NCBI GenBank assembly: GCA_963834535.1
Contig: CAWICC010000005.1
Coordinates: 758,618-822,617 of the forward strand
Direction: 5' to 3'
Source of the DNA: an uncultured delta proteobacterium
GTDB taxonomy: Bacteria > Desulfobacterota > Binatia > Binatales > Binataceae
Length of the DNA: 64,000 nucleotides
The translations under genes were made by a program, and so were the position numbers. The notes under the pieces are model-generated. The model was not told where the DNA came from and ran no database searches. It saw nothing but the letters and a program-made list of their open reading frames with translations. Positions within the stretch are counted from its first letter, which is position 1, and each line of letters opens with the position of its first letter. Positions 59,447 through 64,000 of this stretch are shown piece after piece.

Positions 59447-59791
59447 TTAGGTGCTGGCCGAATGGCCATTCGGAGGCGGCAATGTGTTTTCCGCTTTAAG
59501 CAGGTGGCGAGCGATCATAGCCGCAAGGCCAATTCCGCCATTTTGGGCGACAACCTTGCCCAAAGCTTGCATCGCCATCGCCTGATAATTGTCCGCGCCG
59601 GGATCGCTGGATGCCGGGCCAATCGAGGCGAAAGTCTTTTCGAGTTCCCCGAAAACGGAGCTTAGCAGCTGTCCTTCAAACTCGCGCGCAGCTTGTAGGG
59701 CTTTGTGGCTGCGCACGCCGAACGAATCTGGCTGGCTGATCCCGGTAATTTGAGATAGACCGGAATACGTTGTTGAAGTTATCGAATTCAT
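59447..59791 (-). CDS. flgJ: flagellar rod-binding protein (FlgJ N-terminal-domain-only type)
   Basis: This 114-aa ORF lies immediately after flgI. The motif ..AAREFEGQLLSSVFGELEK.. resembles the rod-binding domain. No glycoside-hydrolase domain is attached. Confidence 0.65.
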   Translation of the reverse strand: MNSITSTTYSGLSQITGISQPDSFGVRSHKALQAAREFEGQLLSSVFGELEKTFASIGPASSDPGADNYQAMAMQALGKVVAQNGGIGLAAMIARHLLKAENTLPPPNGHSAST

Positions 59792-60913
59792 TCAAATCAC
59801 CTCTAGATCTGCTTCTAGCGCTCCCGCAGCTTTGATTGCCTGCAAAATCGCGATCACATCGCGCGCGGTCGCACCGATTTTTTGCAATCCATTTACCAAT
59901 TGCTCGACGCTGGCCCCTTCGTTCAATTCGATGCGCCGGGCCGGCCCCTCTTCGGCTTTCACGGTGGTATCGGGTGTAACGGTCGTCTTGCCTTGCGATA
60001 AGGGATTGGGCTGCGATACCTGGAATTGTGTGTTTACCTCAATGGAGAGATTGCCGTGCAGGATGGAGACGGCACCTAGCCGCACGTCCTTGCCCATCAC
60101 CACGGTACCGGTGCGTTCGTTTACCACCACGCGCGCCCGGCGATGTACTTCAACCTGCAAGTTCTCCACTCGCGCAAGCAAAGCCGGCAAGTCTTTGCCT
60201 TCGGCTGCAGCTTCATCGATGTCAACCCGGCGGCCATCGACAACATTGGCGACTGTGCGGCCGAAGTTCTGGTTGATGGCCCCTGCGACCCCTTCTGCCG
60301 TGCTGAAATCGGGATTACTAAGCAGGAGGGAAAGCCTACCCAATTTGGCGAGCGTCACGGAACTGTCGCGTTCGACCAAGCCGCCGCCAGGAATCCGCCC
60401 TACGGTTGGGTGGTTAACTTGCTTAGCGTTCGCTTTGCCGCCTTCACTGTAGCCGCCTAACGTGAGGGGGCCTTGGGCCTCGGCATAGACTTGGCCGTCG
60501 GCCGCATACAGGGGGGTCAGAAGGAGCATGCCGCCTTCCAGACTCTTAGCATCACCGGCAGACGAGACAGCGACATCGAGCGATGTTCCCGGACTAGCGA
60601 AAGGCGGGAGCGTAGCAGTGACGAACACAGCTGCCACATTCTTCACGATCATGGTCGTGGCCGAAGTCTGTACGCCCATGCGCTTAAGGATGTTAGCCAG
60701 ACTCTGCGTGGTGAAAAGTGTTTGTTGTTTATCGCCCGTGCCTTTAAGCCCAACCACAAGACCATAGCCGAAGATAAGATTGTCGCGTACTCCTTCAATC
60801 GAAGCGATGTCACGGATCGCCACGGTGGGCACGTTGTCCTGCGACTGGAGCGCTGTGAGCAAGAATGATGTAAGTAAGAACAAAGCGAACCAGAGCACGA
60901 AGATTTGCCTCAA
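59792..60913 (-). CDS. flgI: flagellar P-ring protein
   Basis: Intact 373-aa ORF with a signal peptide, followed by ..IRDIASIEGVRDNLIFGYGLVVGLKGTGDK.. Confidence 0.95.
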   Translation of the reverse strand: MRQIFVLWFALFLLTSFLLTALQSQDNVPTVAIRDIASIEGVRDNLIFGYGLVVGLKGTGDKQQTLFTTQSLANILKRMGVQTSATTMIVKNVAAVFVTATLPPFASPGTSLDVAVSSAGDAKSLEGGMLLLTPLYAADGQVYAEAQGPLTLGGYSEGGKANAKQVNHPTVGRIPGGGLVERDSSVTLAKLGRLSLLLSNPDFSTAEGVAGAINQNFGRTVANVVDGRRVDIDEAAAEGKDLPALLARVENLQVEVHRRARVVVNERTGTVVMGKDVRLGAVSILHGNLSIEVNTQFQVSQPNPLSQGKTTVTPDTTVKAEEGPARRIELNEGASVEQLVNGLQKIGATARDVIAILQAIKAAGALEADLEVI

Positions 60914-60954
60914 GCTGGCACCTCTCTTTCTCCTTCAAACTTCTCCTGAAGCTC

Positions 60955-61698
60955 TCAAAAACCGAGCAGCCACAGAATTCCCCGCACCAAAGGATTTGGA
61001 GGCCGCACACCATCACTCAGTACGCCCTTGCCTTTGAGTTCCAGTTCGAGGTTGCCCAAATTGTTTGAAGCCACGCTCCCATCGACGGCAACATCGCCGG
61101 GGCGGACAAGCCCCCGCAGTAGCACTGTCTGCTTTTCGTTATTCATGGTTATTTGGCGCTCCGCTTCTACGACCAGCACTCCGCTGGGTAAAATGGCCAC
61201 CACGCGGCCTGCCAAGCTGGTCTGCAAAGTGGACGTCGTGGCAGCTTGGGATTTACCCGACAGGGCCGCCGCCGAATTGGGCGAGAAAATATTCTGCACG
61301 GCTGTAGTGGTGGCGTGCGCTGCCAGTCCCGTGATGCTTGAACTGGCGTTGAAAGTGCGATTGGTGGATACACTCGCGGCATTGCTAGCCGTCGTGCCTT
61401 GTGACACGGCGATGATGATAAGGTCCCCGACTTGAAGCGCTTTGTAATCGGCGGCCAGATTCGAGAAGACGCCACGATCCTGCCACAAGCTGCCGGGTGT
61501 CGATGCGGGCGCTTCCGAACCTTGCCGCATGCGCTCGATATAGGCAGCCTGAGATTCGCGTTGGATGGTTCTCGGTTGAGCGGTATTAGGCTTCGTACCG
61601 CGAGCACTCGCCGGCGCACAAAGGACGCTACTCGCCGCGAGGGCGAGGCAAATTCTCAGGCAACGACGGCCGCGAAATCGACTTTCTCTGGGGTTCAT
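60955..61698 (-). CDS. flgH: flagellar L-ring protein
   Basis: ATG 61698 overlaps the flgA stop (ATGA), so the ORF-track start at 61836 is unlikely. It has a signal or lipoprotein-like N-terminus, followed by ..SLWQDRGVFSNLAADYKALQVGDLIIIAV.. Confidence 0.9.
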   Translation of the reverse strand: MNPRESRFRGRRCLRICLALAASSVLCAPASARGTKPNTAQPRTIQRESQAAYIERMRQGSEAPASTPGSLWQDRGVFSNLAADYKALQVGDLIIIAVSQGTTASNAASVSTNRTFNASSSITGLAAHATTTAVQNIFSPNSAAALSGKSQAATTSTLQTSLAGRVVAILPSGVLVVEAERQITMNNEKQTVLLRGLVRPGDVAVDGSVASNNLGNLELELKGKGVLSDGVRPPNPLVRGILWLLGF

Positions 61699-62540
61699 AG
61701 TTGCGGCACGGCGATAGGTGAGGGCTTGCTTTCCACTGCAAGCAAATTTGGGGCGATCACATCGGCAAAGAAGACGCGGTGCGTTTGCGGATTCAGCACG
61801 CGAACGCTTTGGCCCAGGCGTCCAGACTCGAGACAAATAACCGGCTGTGACATTTTCATGCCATCAGTCTGCAATATTGCCATAGCGGTTGTTCCTGAAT
61901 GCACCAACGAGTTGTCGTTGGCTCCATTTTCAGAAGTTGGAACCGCTAAAGTACCGGTTTTTTCTGGTGCTGGCAACGGGATTTGCAGAAGGAATCTATG
62001 ACAAAACTCGTCGGGAATGCAGCGCAGTTCGGCCAGCGTTTCGGTATTCGCGGCATTGCGACGCATATCCACGACTTCGAACGACGTTGACGGTCTCTCC
62101 ATCAATGGCTCTGGCAGTTTGTCCCAAAACGTTTCCGGAGGCAGCTCGGTGTGGCTTGCGCCGGATTGTGCAAGAAAGCGGAGCACGGCTTCCCTCATCG
62201 CCGCGCCACCCGGTCGCCACGCCGCACGGTGCACGATGACTTCTGCTGGTAGAACTATCCGGCGGCGCAGGAGATCGACCCCGTCCAGTTTGGCGGCAAT
62301 GAAATCGGCTGAGAGCACTCTGACGGTTCCGGGCTGCGGCGGCCGGCACAAGTCGATGCCTGAGCTCGCGCGGCGTAATACCGTGGAAGCATCTGACGGA
62401 AGCAAATCGGCTAAGCGTACCTCTGTACGCACCTCGACGCTCTCGCGAAGTTTGTAAGTGCGGCCGTAGAAGGGCGCGAGTAAAACGAAAATGACGCTGA
62501 TCCACTTGACAGCATCGACAGCAGGCCATACTTTCATCAA
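61695..62540 (-). CDS. flgA: flagellar basal-body P-ring formation chaperone
   Basis: This 281-aa ORF has a signal or anchor N-terminus and a C-terminal SAF-like part (..GMKMSQPVICLESGRLGQSVRVLNPQTHRVFFADVIAPNLLAV..). It sits between flgG and flgH. Confidence 0.8.
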   Translation of the reverse strand: MMKVWPAVDAVKWISVIFVLLAPFYGRTYKLRESVEVRTEVRLADLLPSDASTVLRRASSGIDLCRPPQPGTVRVLSADFIAAKLDGVDLLRRRIVLPAEVIVHRAAWRPGGAAMREAVLRFLAQSGASHTELPPETFWDKLPEPLMERPSTSFEVVDMRRNAANTETLAELRCIPDEFCHRFLLQIPLPAPEKTGTLAVPTSENGANDNSLVHSGTTAMAILQTDGMKMSQPVICLESGRLGQSVRVLNPQTHRVFFADVIAPNLLAVESKPSPIAVPQL

Positions 62541-62593
62541 TTTCCTCCCTGGCGCCTCATCAGCGTCCCGCGGTCCCTCGTAGCCGTTCCGCG

Positions 62594-63385
62594 CTAGCGG
62601 CCGAGATTATTCAAACCCTGGAACATTTCGCTGGCCGCTTCCATGACCCGCGAGTTGGCTTCGTAGGAACGCTGGGCAACAATCATCTGGACGAATTCTT
62701 CGACTACATCAACGTTGGATTGCTCAAGGTAGCCCTGGGTAATAGTGCCCAGGCCCTCGCTGCTGCCGGGCGTGCCCACGACCGGATCACCCGAACCCGT
62801 CGTGGCGAGAAACAGATTGTTTCCGACGCTGTTCAACCCTCCGGGGTTGGGAAACAGCGCGAGCTGAATGCTGCCGACTTGCTGTGCCGCCGTCTGACCG
62901 GCGAGCGTGACGCTCACCGTGCCGTCGCTGCCGATCGTGACCGATGTCGATCCGGCAGGAATAGTTATGGCCGGTTCAATGGGATTGCCGTCAGCGGTTA
63001 CGACATTGCCATTCGCATCCATCTGGAAAGCTCCGCTGCGGGTGTAAGCCGTTTCTCCAGTGGGCAGAACGACTTGGAAAAACCCCTGGCCTTGAATCGC
63101 CAGATCGAGCTGATTGCCAGTAGCGCTGAAGTCGCCTTGGGTTTGCACGATTTCGGAAGTAGCGGAACGGGTTCCGAGGCCAATTTGCAGTCCGGCTGCG
63201 ATAGTAGTTTGTTGCGTGGCGGCCGACCCGGGCATGAGGACGTTCTGATACAACAGATCCTCGAATTGCAGTCGCCGCTTGCGGAAGCCTGCCGTACTTG
63301 AGTTGGCAAGATTATTGGCCACGTTGTCCAGGTTCGTTTCCTGGGCTGCCATGCCACTGGCCGCGGTGTATAGAGCTCGCAACAT
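62594..63385 (-). CDS. flgG: flagellar distal rod protein
   Basis: Intact 263-aa ORF. The N-terminus is MLRALYTAASGMAAQETNLDNVANNLANSSTAGFRK and the C-terminus is ..GYLEQSNVDVVEEFVQMIVAQRSYEANSRV.. Confidence 0.95.
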   Translation of the reverse strand: MLRALYTAASGMAAQETNLDNVANNLANSSTAGFRKRRLQFEDLLYQNVLMPGSAATQQTTIAAGLQIGLGTRSATSEIVQTQGDFSATGNQLDLAIQGQGFFQVVLPTGETAYTRSGAFQMDANGNVVTADGNPIEPAITIPAGSTSVTIGSDGTVSVTLAGQTAAQQVGSIQLALFPNPGGLNSVGNNLFLATTGSGDPVVGTPGSSEGLGTITQGYLEQSNVDVVEEFVQMIVAQRSYEANSRVMEAASEMFQGLNNLGR

Positions 63386-63414
63386 ACTGCACCTCTCGAA
63401 CCTGCGCCTGGAAT

Positions 63415-64000
63415 CTAGGAAACGCGGGGCAAGTCGCTGGCCGCTGTCTGATTAAAATTCGCGTAGAAGATTGAGAGCGCGCGTTGCAGCATTTCCGCCT
63501 GTCGTTGTACTGTAATGAGTTGCACGACAGCTTTCACGGCATTAACGTTTGAATCTTCAATCATGCCCTGCCGCACACGGGCCGCCGGAGCGGGAAGAGG
63601 CAACGCCGTACCCGCGCTGTAGTAAGAACGCCCTGCCGAAGCGATAGTGGTATTCGCCGGGAAACGGACAATTCGCAGTTGATCCACAACCGCACCGTTG
63701 ACCGAGATCGTTCCGTCACCGCTGATGGCTACATCGCCTGCCGGCAAGGTGATGGGCCCTTGTCCACCCAGCACCGGATCTCCCGATGACGTGACCAACC
63801 TTCCGGTTGAGGAGAGCTCAAAGTTCCCGGCTCGGGTATAAACGTTCCCAGCTGAGGTTTGCACAACGAAGAAGGCGTCACCTTCGATTGCGAGATCGAG
63901 CGGATTACCGCTATGTTGCATGCTCCCCGCAGTCAGGTCCACGGTTGCTTTATCGATGACGTTGAAATCATTGATCGCGTAGTTGATTTCACTCATCGCC
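63415..64000 (-). CDS. flgF: flagellar proximal rod protein (N-terminus beyond window edge)
   Basis: It has a rod-protein C-terminal pattern (..GMIEDSNVNAVKAVVQLITVQRQAEMLQRAL..). The frame is still open at nt 64000, and the canonical N-terminal rod motif is missing, so the gene is partial. Confidence 0.85.
   Translation of the reverse strand, partial: AMSEINYAINDFNVIDKATVDLTAGSMQHSGNPLDLAIEGDAFFVVQTSAGNVYTRAGNFELSSTGRLVTSSGDPVLGGQGPITLPAGDVAISGDGTISVNGAVVDQLRIVRFPANTTIASAGRSYYSAGTALPLPAPAARVRQGMIEDSNVNAVKAVVQLITVQRQAEMLQRALSIFYANFNQTAASDLPRVS

Overview
By gene content this 64-kb window is most likely an Acidobacteriota (Terriglobia-like) chromosomal segment. The evidence is CarboxypepD_reg-type TonB-dependent receptors ending in Phe, many MacB/FtsX-type permeases, a PEGA-domain Ser/Thr kinase, a receiver-TonB fusion and GloVer-repeat proteins. 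This taxon call is inference only.

The window has four parts:
- (A) 1-12.8 kb is very GC3-rich (about 65% GC) and looks like a sugar-utilisation neighbourhood. It holds a LysR regulator, an alpha/beta hydrolase, a NIPSNAP protein, two sugar-phosphate isomerases, a nucleoside/sugar MFS transporter, a VOC protein, LacI, a GH1 beta-glucosidase and a receptor fragment. About 8 of its 12 genes are broken by indels or truncation.
- (B) 13-41 kb has mixed codon usage (roughly 52-57% GC). It holds a P450, Bcp, the aceE-aceF-lpdA pyruvate dehydrogenase operon, MscS, a receiver-TonB fusion, a large TonB-dependent receptor, a multicopper oxidase, an AcpA/PLC-type phosphoesterase, a PEGA kinase, and a cluster of three FtsX-type permeases plus an HlyD adaptor plus an ABC ATPase. 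Five of these genes carry single-base frameshifts.
- (C) 41-44 kb is a small IS-scarred islet. A transposase fragment cuts off the ABC ATPase gene after codon 69. The islet holds an alpha/beta hydrolase with an in-frame TAG, a secreted beta-propeller, short interspersed repeats and a second transposase fragment.
- (D) 44-64 kb is fully intact. It holds manA, an aminotransferase, coaD, cytochrome P460, LytS/LytTR, recA, two GloVer-repeat proteins, small secreted Gln-rich proteins, purM, and a flagellar cluster (flgF-G-A-H-I-J, flgM, flgN-like, flgK-L) with a consensus sigma-28 promoter in front of flgM.

I found no rRNA, no foldable tRNA, no CRISPR array and no recognisable defence or toxin system by eye.

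The most notable signals are:
- the composition/codon-usage break at 12.8-13.0 kb, inside a truncated receptor gene;
- the very uneven distribution of single-base indels, where real decay and assembly error cannot be separated here;
- the efflux operon decapitated by an IS fragment, and its islet;
- a pair of uncharacterised small secreted Gln/Lys-rich paralogues;
- an unassigned 87-aa ORF between flgM and the flgN-like gene.

All family assignments come from motif recognition in the translated ORFs. No database search was run.
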